Of a stretch of 50,678 nucleotides of DNA, positions 8,992 to 18,475 are shown piece after piece. The stretch covers positions 1 to 50,678 of the forward strand of contig JALIAA010000284.1 in the NCBI GenBank assembly GCA_030577455.1, in the 5' to 3' direction. Position numbers and translations under genes: made by a program. Under the pieces are notes generated by a model. It was not told where the DNA came from. It did no database searches and saw nothing but the letters and a program-made list of their open reading frames with translations. How positions within the stretch are numbered: position 1 is the stretch's first letter; every line of letters starts with the position of its first letter. The DNA is from Pirellulales bacterium. Its GTDB lineage: Bacteria > Planctomycetota > Planctomycetia > Pirellulales > UBA1268.

Positions 8992-11181
8992 TTAGATGCC
9001 CGCACTGATTTCTTTTGCCCGACTCAGTGATTCAGCTGTTTCAGCAAGACCAGCTACCGACAGCTTGATAACAACTTGCCAGCATCCACTCGCATCAGGT
9101 GTGACAATCCAGTGAGGCATGACGACTGTCGACTGATGAATGAGTTCAAAACCACCCTCCGATTGACTGACCGACTCGATTGGAAATGTCCAGACTCCGG
9201 CATGTCCTCCATTACTTGCCACACTACAGTCGAGGACAGCATGAATATTAAGCCAGTCATCTTCCAGACTGAGATGAGATGTTTCCTTGAGATCAAGATG
9301 CGTTCCAAGATGCCCAAGATCTAAGCCGTCTTTGTTTCGGAAACAGCGACCAGTGGTGCGCGAAGGAAGACCAGCAAAGTTGAACTCAATAGCTATATGC
9401 TGACAGAAGTTGTCAGGTAACTCCTCTAGCCGATATCCAATTTCAACAGTGTCAGACCCAGCTGAGAGTGTGACGGCTTTTGTAAGAGTTAATGGGATAC
9501 CCCAAACATTTCCCTTTCGTGACAAGAGCACCTGCATTCGATCTGGATTGCGGCGAATGCTTGCCTCATACGATCCTGTAGCAAAATCACCGCGTTCCAT
9601 AGCCTTTCCGGAAGCAATATCTGCTGCTGCTGCATCGACATCAAAGAAGTGGTCGATACAACTCTTCCTTCGGTTCGTATCATACTGAATCTTTTCAGCG
9701 AGCCCTTCATGCTTAAACGTAGCGAGCTGGGAAGAATCAATAATACTTCGCGCATTGCCTGGGCCGACGAGAACCTGATCATGATAAGCCTCCCGACGAC
9801 GGTCGAGCGTTGCAAGAAGATTGTGACGCTGTTTCCGGAGGTCAAACTCATACAGCATTCCACCGACAGAGGGAGCAAGCCAGAGATCAATATGCTCGTT
9901 GGAAAGTCGAACTTCCGTTTTGCTGTCAAAGTCATAGTCTGAACTCACAGCCTCTACCCATGTGGCTGGCCGACCTTCAGCGCGATCAAGTGCATTTTCA
10001 GCCGTGATTAATTCCTTATAAATTGCATTCCGGAGATGTGGCAGGTAGACACCGCCAAAAGCACCGTGCCAATACGCACAATTACATTGACCTCGATAGA
10101 GCGATGCAACAGCTTGTTGGTATGCCGTCTTATCAGCGATCGAGTTGTCAGAGAGGCGGGCAACCCGATTGCTCACCACCATCATCCGAGCGTACATCTC
10201 ATTGGTTTCAGGATATCGACGCCGAAAGTTTTTCCAGGATCCACCGCGAATAAATGGAACGATAAGCGACTGACTTGGATCGCTTTGGGCATTTTGACGT
10301 GCTTTGATACATGCGACTTGTTGTTCGGGTTGAAGAGACCATTCAGTCATCTCCCGATAACTGCATTCTGGTAACCAGATTGTTCCACCTGGTGGATCAC
10401 TTCGAATCACTTCAGATGGTAGTGACATCGTGATCCATTCTTGATTTGCTTCAAGGAGACTGAAGAACCGTTGTAACCATCCGTCCTGAAAACAGGTTTT
10501 GTGGGTATCCGGCCAGACTCCGAATTTCTCTCCGTCATCACTAAAGACAGCCACAGCGCCCGGTCTGCGCGATGCAAGAAAACGGAGGTGCTCAATGGTG
10601 GCATCTGGGGATGCGAATGGAATGACATATCGCAAATGTTCACTGCCCGGAAAGACACTCATGGTGCGACCGTCGGACTCAGTGACCCAATAACGATCAA
10701 GTTCTTCGTCACAGAGTCCAGCAGCCTTGAAGTGGAAGTCATCAAGAATAGTCCACTCGACACCAGCAGTTGCGAGATCGGCTGTCATGCCCGAATCCCA
10801 GACTCTTTCGGCAACCCACATGCCTGTGACTGTGGTCTGGAGACGTTGCTCGAGCCAGTGGTTGTACTGACGAATCTGGCCGATTCGGTCGCGTGAGGGC
10901 AACATCGCGAGTATCGGTTCAGAAAATCCACCACCAACAATTTCAACTTGTCTTGCTGCGGCTAAGGAAGCCAAACGGTCGAGATATTCAGGATGGTTGC
11001 TCTCGAGCCATTCAGCAAGTGGTCCACTCGTATGTAATGCGATCCGAATAGACGGATGTTGCTGCAGGAGATCAAGAAAAGGCAGATAGCTTTTTTGATA
11101 GGCACCTTCCACAACATCATGAAAGTTCCCAACAGGCTGATGGTCATGGAGAACAAAAACAAAGCGAACAGCGGGGTGCAT
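8992..11181 (-). CDS. GH57 alpha-amylase / 4-alpha-glucanotransferase
   Basis: HDHQPVGNF, LHTSGPL, EIVGGGFSEPIL, nucleophile in WVAERVW, acid/base in DDGEKFGVWP, SYREMTEW, YWHGAFGGVY, C-terminal SQSEGGFE. Confidence 0.93.
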   Translation of the reverse strand: MHPAVRFVFVLHDHQPVGNFHDVVEGAYQKSYLPFLDLLQQHPSIRIALHTSGPLAEWLESNHPEYLDRLASLAAARQVEIVGGGFSEPILAMLPSRDRIGQIRQYNHWLEQRLQTTVTGMWVAERVWDSGMTADLATAGVEWTILDDFHFKAAGLCDEELDRYWVTESDGRTMSVFPGSEHLRYVIPFASPDATIEHLRFLASRRPGAVAVFSDDGEKFGVWPDTHKTCFQDGWLQRFFSLLEANQEWITMSLPSEVIRSDPPGGTIWLPECSYREMTEWSLQPEQQVACIKARQNAQSDPSQSLIVPFIRGGSWKNFRRRYPETNEMYARMMVVSNRVARLSDNSIADKTAYQQAVASLYRGQCNCAYWHGAFGGVYLPHLRNAIYKELITAENALDRAEGRPATWVEAVSSDYDFDSKTEVRLSNEHIDLWLAPSVGGMLYEFDLRKQRHNLLATLDRRREAYHDQVLVGPGNARSIIDSSQLATFKHEGLAEKIQYDTNRRKSCIDHFFDVDAAAADIASGKAMERGDFATGSYEASIRRNPDRMQVLLSRKGNVWGIPLTLTKAVTLSAGSDTVEIGYRLEELPDNFCQHIAIEFNFAGLPSRTTGRCFRNKDGLDLGHLGTHLDLKETSHLSLEDDWLNIHAVLDCSVASNGGHAGVWTFPIESVSQSEGGFELIHQSTVVMPHWIVTPDASGCWQVVIKLSVAGLAETAESLSRAKEISAGI

Positions 11182-11348
11182 ACGTAAAGCATTCCAAAGG
11201 ACATGTGACCGAAACGATTTTCATATTTTCTGGAACCCGCGCCAAACGCTATTAACAGATTCTATGAAGCACTAAGCCATATCACCGTAAAGGTCATACC
11301 GGCTCTAGGGACTAGGAAAGTTTGCCGGTGTCAGGATCCTTGTCTGGA

Positions 11349-12377
11349 TTACTCGGGCTCTTCCCAAGAGCCTGTTTCACGAAGTAAACCTGCCGCTTCA
11401 TCAGGAGGAATTGTTGAGATGTGATACCCGGTGCCGAGTTCGAATCCGGCAAGGGGTGCAATCCGTGGGAGAACCTCAAGGTGCCAATGCCAATGAGCAG
11501 CAGCTTCGTCGAGTAAAAGCGATGGGACAAACGGAAATTGATGAAGCCACCAATTGTAGCTTACGCGAGGTACCAGTTGATTGAGCGCTCCAACACATTG
11601 TTTGGTAAAGCGTGCAATCTCTTCCATCTGGCTATGGGGCTCAGTGTGAAAAAAACATGAAGGTTCATTACGAATAAGCCACACCTCAAAAGGTTGGCGA
11701 GGCGCTGATGGAACGATTGCTACGAAACTCTTATACGTGTGAACAATACGGTTCTCACTCTCTGCCTCAGACAAAATGTTTTCGAATAGGTTTGGTTGAC
11801 GAATGACCTGTTGACACTTTGTTGAGATTGTTGGTGGCGTGCGGTCAATCGCAATCAGTTGGCTGTGGACATGTGCCAGGGAAGCTCCTGCCTGAACGCC
11901 ACCATTTTTGAAGAGGGTCGCCCATACGATTTCAGGATTGGCAGAGAATTGTTTCATTCGCTGCTGGCAGAGTTTCCAGACATTCACCCAATCATCAAAA
12001 GGGACTTCGAGAACCGACTCAATGTGGTGGGGTGACTCGATGACCACTTCATGAACACCAGAGGCATGCACGGCTTTTGCCTTGGGTATGTGTGTGTCGG
12101 CATTATCACTGCCCTGTGTAGACGACTTCATCTCAACAACAGGATAGGCATTGGGAATAATCCTCGATTTCCAATCCTGAGAGTCGATCGTTGGCCACTG
12201 TTGCACTGGATCTGGAGTGAGACGTGAATTCTCTATACAGAACGGGCAGTCTGCTTGCCGGCAATTCAAAAGATTATTCGGGCGGTCAGCACGTCGTGGG
12301 GCGAGAAAAATATTCCGGTCTGCGAGAGGGTCATAGTGAACTGTGGGTTCTCTCGAATGATCAAATGAGAAGGACAT
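11349..12377 (-). CDS. galT: GalT-family (HIT superfamily) sugar-1-phosphate nucleotidyltransferase
   Basis: APRRADRP, CPFC, HEVVIESP, FKNGGVQAGASLAHVHSQ (HxHxQ), HWHLEVLPR, AGFELGTG. Confidence 0.88.
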   Translation of the reverse strand: MSFSFDHSREPTVHYDPLADRNIFLAPRRADRPNNLLNCRQADCPFCIENSRLTPDPVQQWPTIDSQDWKSRIIPNAYPVVEMKSSTQGSDNADTHIPKAKAVHASGVHEVVIESPHHIESVLEVPFDDWVNVWKLCQQRMKQFSANPEIVWATLFKNGGVQAGASLAHVHSQLIAIDRTPPTISTKCQQVIRQPNLFENILSEAESENRIVHTYKSFVAIVPSAPRQPFEVWLIRNEPSCFFHTEPHSQMEEIARFTKQCVGALNQLVPRVSYNWWLHQFPFVPSLLLDEAAAHWHWHLEVLPRIAPLAGFELGTGYHISTIPPDEAAGLLRETGSWEEPE

Positions 12378-12549
12378 ACGTGAACCACTCGAATGAATTG
12401 GAAAGGGGAAAACGGCCCTCTTATTGAACGCTACAATCGTCGCCCGTACACTCAGAGCCTATAACAAGTTGGGTTACAAAGTGTCATTCATCAGAGTGCA
12501 TTTCCGCAAAGACGTATACACAGATTTTTAGACATTCGGAGAGAACACC

Positions 12550-13080
12550 ATGCTTACAGTTGGCGACGAGTTTCCCCAGTTTTCTGTCCAAGCCTGTACA
12601 GGTACGGAAAAGGAAGACATCAAGTTGCTCACATCGGCTGACTATTCGGGAAAGTGGACGGTGTACTTTTTTTACCCAAAAGATTTTACGTTTGTTTGTC
12701 CTACGGAATTAGCTGAGTTTAACAAACAACTTAAATCATTTTCGGATCGTGATACGAGTGTTGTTGGTGGCAGTACCGATAATGAATGGTGTCATATGAT
12801 GTGGCGACGCTCACATGCAGATCTAAAAGATCTCGCATACCCACTGATTGCAGCACAGAAGTTGGGTGCCGAACTCGGTATACTTGAGCAAACAGAAGGA
12901 TACTGTCAGCGGGCGACATTTATTGTTGATCCACATGGAGTAATCCAATGGGTTGATGTGAATCAAGGGCGTGTTGGCCGAAATGTGGCAGAAGTCATAC
13001 GCGTACTTGATGCCCTTCAAAGCGATGAACTGTGCCCGTGCAATTGGAAAAAGGGCGATCCTTACGTAAACGTTGGCTGA
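12550..13080 (+). CDS. ahpC: Peroxiredoxin, AhpC/Prx1 type
   Basis: FYPKDFTFVCPTE peroxidatic motif, GRNVAEVIR, C-terminal LCPCNW. Confidence 0.95.
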   Translation: MLTVGDEFPQFSVQACTGTEKEDIKLLTSADYSGKWTVYFFYPKDFTFVCPTELAEFNKQLKSFSDRDTSVVGGSTDNEWCHMMWRRSHADLKDLAYPLIAAQKLGAELGILEQTEGYCQRATFIVDPHGVIQWVDVNQGRVGRNVAEVIRVLDALQSDELCPCNWKKGDPYVNVG

Positions 13081-13125
13081 TTTTTTCACGGATGGGATTC
13101 GGTCGTTCTGCTGGAGAGACTTTCT

Positions 13126-13512
13126 ATGCGTAGTCGACTCCGTTCTCATTCATGGAAAAACAAGTTTGGCCATGCTCTGCGAGGCCTTCAACGCGCTTTT
13201 CGCACACAACATAGTTTTGCGATCCACATATTCATTGCATGTGTTGCTGTTGTTGCTGCTGCTTTGTTCAGGGTGACAATAATTGAATGGGGACTCATTG
13301 CTGCTGCCATTGGGATGGTGCTTGTAGCAGAAACATTCAATACGGCGATTGAGTCATTGGCACGTGCCGTTGATACACAGTTTCATCCACGATTACGTGA
13401 CGCACTGGACATTGCCAGTGCTGCCGTTCTCCTGGCGTCGGGAACTGCGGTTGTGATCGGGTTCTGTATCTTTGTGCCAGCACTCTACAGATTGTTTTGT
13501 AGCGTCTTGTAG
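13126..13512 (+). CDS. dgkA: Membrane diacylglycerol/undecaprenol kinase (DgkA family)
   Basis: FGHALRGL, AETFNTAIESL, ALDIASAAVL; three hydrophobic helices; 128 aa. Confidence 0.88.
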   Translation: MRSRLRSHSWKNKFGHALRGLQRAFRTQHSFAIHIFIACVAVVAAALFRVTIIEWGLIAAAIGMVLVAETFNTAIESLARAVDTQFHPRLRDALDIASAAVLLASGTAVVIGFCIFVPALYRLFCSVL

Positions 13513-13518
13513 GCTGCT

Positions 13519-14808
13519 TTACTTTTGTATGTCGTAGCAGAACATATTGTCTCCGTCGCGGACGTAGAGCATGCCATCAACAATCACCGGGTGTGCCCAG
13601 CAGGGACTGTCACCACTATCAGGGATTTGAAAATACGACACCTCTTCGAAAGCAGCCGGATCTGCTTTTACCAGAGCAAGAACGCCATTTTGGTACTGCA
13701 CATACAGGTGTCCATCAGCTGCAACAATGGCTGCTGACTTCTGTCCACCAACGGTACTCCGGTTCTTCCATACCACCTCACCCGTCATCAATTCAGCACA
13801 GATGATGATTGGCTGGTCATCAGCACACCCGTAGAGGTGATTGTCAATGAGAACAACGCCTCCGTGCTTATTTGCTAACTCTTTTTTAAGAGGAAAGATT
13901 TCCTTTGACGTTACTGATCCACCCGGACCAGGAACTTGCTGGATGAGTGCTCCTCCTCTTTTATATCCAGCTACAAAATAGACAAGATCGTCCTTGATAA
14001 TCGGTGTCGGAATAACTGCCGTTGTCTTTTCGATTGGGAATGTCCATTGGAGTTTTCCTGTTTCAGCATCAACAGCAAATGCTCCAGAGGCAGTCGTTTG
14101 CACGTATATTTTTTTGCCAGCAATTTCGCTGATAACAATCGAGGCATGGCCCGCACCACGATCTTCTGGAACAGTACATTTCCAGATAATACTGCCGTCA
14201 TTTTTATTAAGCGCAACCATAGTCGTTTGGCTGCCACCTGGTGTACAAACAAGTTTGTCACCATCAATGAGAACAGATTCACTGTAACCCCAATTATCAC
14301 CTTTTGTGCCACCCAAAGCGGTCTTTAAATCAACAGCTTTTCCAAATGTTCCGGTCTCGGCCTCGCAGCCAATGAGTTTGCCATGTGGTGTGATGACATA
14401 GACGATTCCGTCAGCAATGGTTGGGGTGCTTCGAGAACCCTGCCAGTCATCTTTTCCATTATTCCATGCATCACCTGTTTTTGTATGCCAGATTGGCTTC
14501 CCAGTGCTACGGTCAAAGCATGAGAGGTATTCATCAGCATCGGATGCAGTCGAGGGGCCATCACCCAGTGTAAAAATCCTATCCCCTACAATAGCCAGAC
14601 TGGCATAGCCACGGCCGGCACCAGCTGAACGCCAGACAAGCTTTGGGCCTTCTTCAGGCCATGATTCGAGCAAGTCGGTGTCAGGAGCAATGCCGGTACG
14701 GCTGCTACCACGAAACGTTGGCCAATCAGTTGCATGCGCTGCTTGAAGAAAGAAACAGCAGAACATAACTAAGAAAATATGGTGAAAGTTGCTCGGGAAG
14801 CACCGCAT
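13519..14808 (-). CDS. Secreted PQQ-binding-like beta-propeller protein
   Basis: Signal peptide then DWPTFRG, repeated D-x-x-T-G-K-x-x-W blades, WAHPVIVDGMLYVRD end; ATG 14808 has GGAG upstream. Confidence 0.9.
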   Translation of the reverse strand: MRCFPSNFHHIFLVMFCCFFLQAAHATDWPTFRGSSRTGIAPDTDLLESWPEEGPKLVWRSAGAGRGYASLAIVGDRIFTLGDGPSTASDADEYLSCFDRSTGKPIWHTKTGDAWNNGKDDWQGSRSTPTIADGIVYVITPHGKLIGCEAETGTFGKAVDLKTALGGTKGDNWGYSESVLIDGDKLVCTPGGSQTTMVALNKNDGSIIWKCTVPEDRGAGHASIVISEIAGKKIYVQTTASGAFAVDAETGKLQWTFPIEKTTAVIPTPIIKDDLVYFVAGYKRGGALIQQVPGPGGSVTSKEIFPLKKELANKHGGVVLIDNHLYGCADDQPIIICAELMTGEVVWKNRSTVGGQKSAAIVAADGHLYVQYQNGVLALVKADPAAFEEVSYFQIPDSGDSPCWAHPVIVDGMLYVRDGDNMFCYDIQK

Positions 14809-15076
14809 GAAATTTTCTCCAGATGTGTTGGCCGAGGCTTCGTGCACCGGCAATGTATTGTTTTAGTATGACGATTCTCGATGTATTCGACCACTCACCA
14901 ACCACATCAACCGGATACATTCGATAGTTGAATTAAATGGTGGTCTCATTGGCTCATCGCCACATCCATTTCTGTACAGAGCCATGTAACGAGTATGGGC
15001 AATCTTACGGGTGGAGAAAGTACACCACACATGTGTGAGGTCAACCAAAAGAGTCATCACAACTCTGAAGACTGAT

Positions 15077-18000
15077 TCACGATACAACAGACGTTTTTGT
15101 ATCTTTTTTTCGGCCAAACCACATGATGACTGAGTAGAAGACTGGTGTGAAGAAAATGCCAAAAACAGTGACCCCAAGCATGCCGGAAAAGACTGCTGTT
15201 CCAAGGGCCACTCGCATCTCAGCACCAGCACCTCGGCCAATGAGTAGCGGCACGACACCAAGAATAAAGGCAAGAGATGTCATCAATATTGGCCGTAAAC
15301 GTTGGGTTGCTGCTTCAAGAACTGCCTGAGTGCGTGGAAGTCCGTCAGCCTCACGCTGCTTGGCAAACTCAACAATTAAGATCGCATTCTTGGCTGCCAG
15401 ACCAACAAGAACGAGAAGCCCAATTTGAGTAAAAATATTGTTATCGCTTCCAGCAATCCAGACACCTGATATTGCAGCTAAAAGACACATTGGAACGATC
15501 AAGATAACAGCAAGCGGAAGGAGCCAACTCTCATATTGAGCTGCGAGTACGAGAAAAACAAAAAGAGTACCCATCGCAAAGACAAAGGTCGCTGTATTCC
15601 CGGCAAGAATCTGTTGTAGAGACAGGTCGGTCCATTCGAAGTCGATCCCTCGCGGAAGGAGTCCCTGTCCGGCTGGTGGTTGGCCCGCTAGCGTTTCAAC
15701 CAGTGCAATGGCGTCACCAGAACTTGTTCCAGAGAGTGTTGATCCTGAGAGGTCTGCCGACGGTGCAAGGTTATAGCGAGTGACAACAGCCGGTCCACTT
15801 GTTTCTTCAACTGTCAGGAGCGTTGCCAGCGGTACCATTTCACCGTCAGAGTTGCGAACTTCAAGTCTCCCAATGTCTTCCGGAAGCATCCGGAAGGGAG
15901 CATCGGCCTGAGCCATAACCTGCCAATTCCTTCCAAAGGCTGTGAAGTCGTTGACATATGTACTTCCAAGATAAACCTGGAGCGTCTGATGAATAGACTC
16001 AATTGAGACACCAGCAGCTTTTGCTTTTGTACGATCGATATTGATAAACAGTTGTGGCTGGTTTGCCTTGAAACTCGAAAAGAGTCCAACGAGTCCTGGT
16101 TGTGCTGCAAGCGCATCAGCGAGACCGGCAGTTGTTTGTTCCAGTTCGGTCGATCCATGACCTGTACGATCACGAATCTGCAATTTAAAACCACCGGTGT
16201 TTCCAAGACCATCAATAGGAGGAGCATTAAATACCACACAGCGAGCATCACGGACTCGATAGAAATCTTTCCGTAGCTTTCGAGCGATTGCAAAAGATGA
16301 CTGTTCTGAGTGCACAGTTCGACTTGCAAACGGATCAAGAATGACAAACATGCCACCAGCATTCGACAGGCTAACGCTCGATAGTAAAGAGTAACCAGAG
16401 ACAGATATCGTATGCGCAACACCTGGTGTCTTGGCAGCAATCTTCTCTAATTCAGCAATGACTTCTGCTGTTCGTTCATGACTTGCTCCTTCAGGGAGCG
16501 TCGCGTTGACGAGCAGATACCCTTTGTCCTGTTCTGGAATGAATCCGACGGGAACAGTATTAAAACCAAAATAGGTGAGTCCCATCAGTGCGATGTACAC
16601 CCCGACCATCACGATGCCAACTTTTAAAAGAAGTCCAACGACTACTCCATAGACTCCTGTTGTGACATCAAAAAACAGATTAAAGAGTTTGAAAAAACCT
16701 GCCAGCAGCATGTTGAAAAGGGGTGCAAGAAAAGACCCGCACACAAAGCCAATGCCAAATATACAAAGACGGAGGGCCCAGATAGTAAGAACAGGTTGGG
16801 AGCCATCAGCCAAACCAGTCCAGACAATAACAAAGTCTTCAGTGAGCCAAATTGTCATTAAGCCAAAGAGAAGACCAATGACAATGACAGGCAGCGGGTC
16901 ATTCCGTTGGTGTTTTGGGCTCGTTGAATCTGATGCATCGTGACTGTTAAAAAGAATAGCAGCCAGTGCAGGAGAAAGTGTAAGAGAATTAATCGCTGAA
17001 AAGACTGTGCTGGCGGCAATCGTGATAGCAAATTGGCGATAGAACTCACCACTGATACCGGTAATAAAAGCTGTTGGTACAAAAACTGCTGCAAGAACCA
17101 ATGCGATTGCAATGAGTGCACCACTCACTTCACGCATCGCCTGACGAGCAGCCTCACGCGGTGGAAGTCCCTGACGAATCAACCGCTCAACATTCTCTAC
17201 CACAACAATGGCATCGTCGACTACGATCCCAATAGCGAGCACGAGTCCAAATAGTGACAGGTTGTTCAGCGAAAAACCAAGGCCTGCCATAACAGCAAAC
17301 GCGCCAATCAAAGAGACCGGTACGGCAATCATTGGAATCAACGTTGCCCGCCAGTTTTGCAGGAACAACAGAACTACAACAAAGACAAGAATGACTGCCT
17401 CGAACAGTGTCTTGATGACCTCTTGAATGCTTTCCTCAACAAAAACAGTTGTGTCATAGAGCACACCATAATTCAGTCCGGCAGGAAAGTTTGCAGCAAG
17501 CCTCTCCATTTCGTTACGAACGCGTTTTGCTGTTGCAATGGCATTTGACCCAGGTCGCTGATAGATCGCCATCGTAATGGCTTCGCTACCATCAACGCTA
17601 CTCGCTGTATCTTCATTTTTTGCACCAAGTTCTACTCTGCCAACATCACGAATGCGAACAATCTCTCGGCCAACAGCAGGTGCGTCTTTTGTTGCATTGG
17701 ATTCATGACCAGTTTTGATAATGACGTCTGCAAATTCCTCTGGATCCAATAGTCGACCTGTCGTGTTGAGAGGTACCTGGAATGCGATTCCCGGAGTAGC
17801 AGGTGGTTGACCAAGCCGCCCGGCTGGCACCTGAATATTTTGTTCCTGCAATGCTCTGACGACATCACCAGCGGTCATACTGCGAGTTGCAAGTTCATCT
17901 GGATCGAGCCAGATTCGCATGGAGTAGTCCCGAGCTCCAAGAAAAGACACATCGCCGACACCATCAAGCCGTGCAATTGCATCTTTTACTTGAATCAAGG

Positions 18001-18475
18001 CGTAATTACTCAAATAGAGTTGGTCGTATTTTCCGTCTGATGAGAAAAGATTGACACAAAGGAGAATGCTCGGTGATTTCTTTTTGGTAATTACACCCTG
18101 ACGCTTTACCTCAACAGGAAGTTTTGCTTCTGCAATAGCCACACGATTTTGCGTTAGCACCTGAGCAAGATCGATATCAGTCCCAAGCTTAAAAGTGACG
18201 TCAATAACAGCTTGTCCATCACCAGTGCTTTTTGATGAGATGAACAGCATTTCTTCAACGCCGTTAACTTCCTGCTCAATAGGAGTCGTCACAGTGTCAG
18301 CAACGACTTGGGCAGAGGCACCTGGATACACGGTTTGAATGGAAATCGTTGGTGGCACGACGTCTGGATATTGACCTACAGGAAGTCCTGTTGCAGCAAT
18401 ACCACCAACGATGACAATCACAAGTGAAAGTACCGTTGCAAAGACCGGCCTGTTAATAAAGAACTGGCTGATCAC
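15077..18475 (-). CDS. RND efflux transporter permease (HAE1, AcrB/MexF-like)
   Basis: FFINRPVFA start; proton-relay motifs GIVVDDAIVVVEN, AKNAILIVEFA and RLRPILMTS intact; 1132 aa. Confidence 0.97.
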   Translation of the reverse strand: MISQFFINRPVFATVLSLVIVIVGGIAATGLPVGQYPDVVPPTISIQTVYPGASAQVVADTVTTPIEQEVNGVEEMLFISSKSTGDGQAVIDVTFKLGTDIDLAQVLTQNRVAIAEAKLPVEVKRQGVITKKKSPSILLCVNLFSSDGKYDQLYLSNYALIQVKDAIARLDGVGDVSFLGARDYSMRIWLDPDELATRSMTAGDVVRALQEQNIQVPAGRLGQPPATPGIAFQVPLNTTGRLLDPEEFADVIIKTGHESNATKDAPAVGREIVRIRDVGRVELGAKNEDTASSVDGSEAITMAIYQRPGSNAIATAKRVRNEMERLAANFPAGLNYGVLYDTTVFVEESIQEVIKTLFEAVILVFVVVLLFLQNWRATLIPMIAVPVSLIGAFAVMAGLGFSLNNLSLFGLVLAIGIVVDDAIVVVENVERLIRQGLPPREAARQAMREVSGALIAIALVLAAVFVPTAFITGISGEFYRQFAITIAASTVFSAINSLTLSPALAAILFNSHDASDSTSPKHQRNDPLPVIVIGLLFGLMTIWLTEDFVIVWTGLADGSQPVLTIWALRLCIFGIGFVCGSFLAPLFNMLLAGFFKLFNLFFDVTTGVYGVVVGLLLKVGIVMVGVYIALMGLTYFGFNTVPVGFIPEQDKGYLLVNATLPEGASHERTAEVIAELEKIAAKTPGVAHTISVSGYSLLSSVSLSNAGGMFVILDPFASRTVHSEQSSFAIARKLRKDFYRVRDARCVVFNAPPIDGLGNTGGFKLQIRDRTGHGSTELEQTTAGLADALAAQPGLVGLFSSFKANQPQLFINIDRTKAKAAGVSIESIHQTLQVYLGSTYVNDFTAFGRNWQVMAQADAPFRMLPEDIGRLEVRNSDGEMVPLATLLTVEETSGPAVVTRYNLAPSADLSGSTLSGTSSGDAIALVETLAGQPPAGQGLLPRGIDFEWTDLSLQQILAGNTATFVFAMGTLFVFLVLAAQYESWLLPLAVILIVPMCLLAAISGVWIAGSDNNIFTQIGLLVLVGLAAKNAILIVEFAKQREADGLPRTQAVLEAATQRLRPILMTSLAFILGVVPLLIGRGAGAEMRVALGTAVFSGMLGVTVFGIFFTPVFYSVIMWFGRKKDTKTSVVS

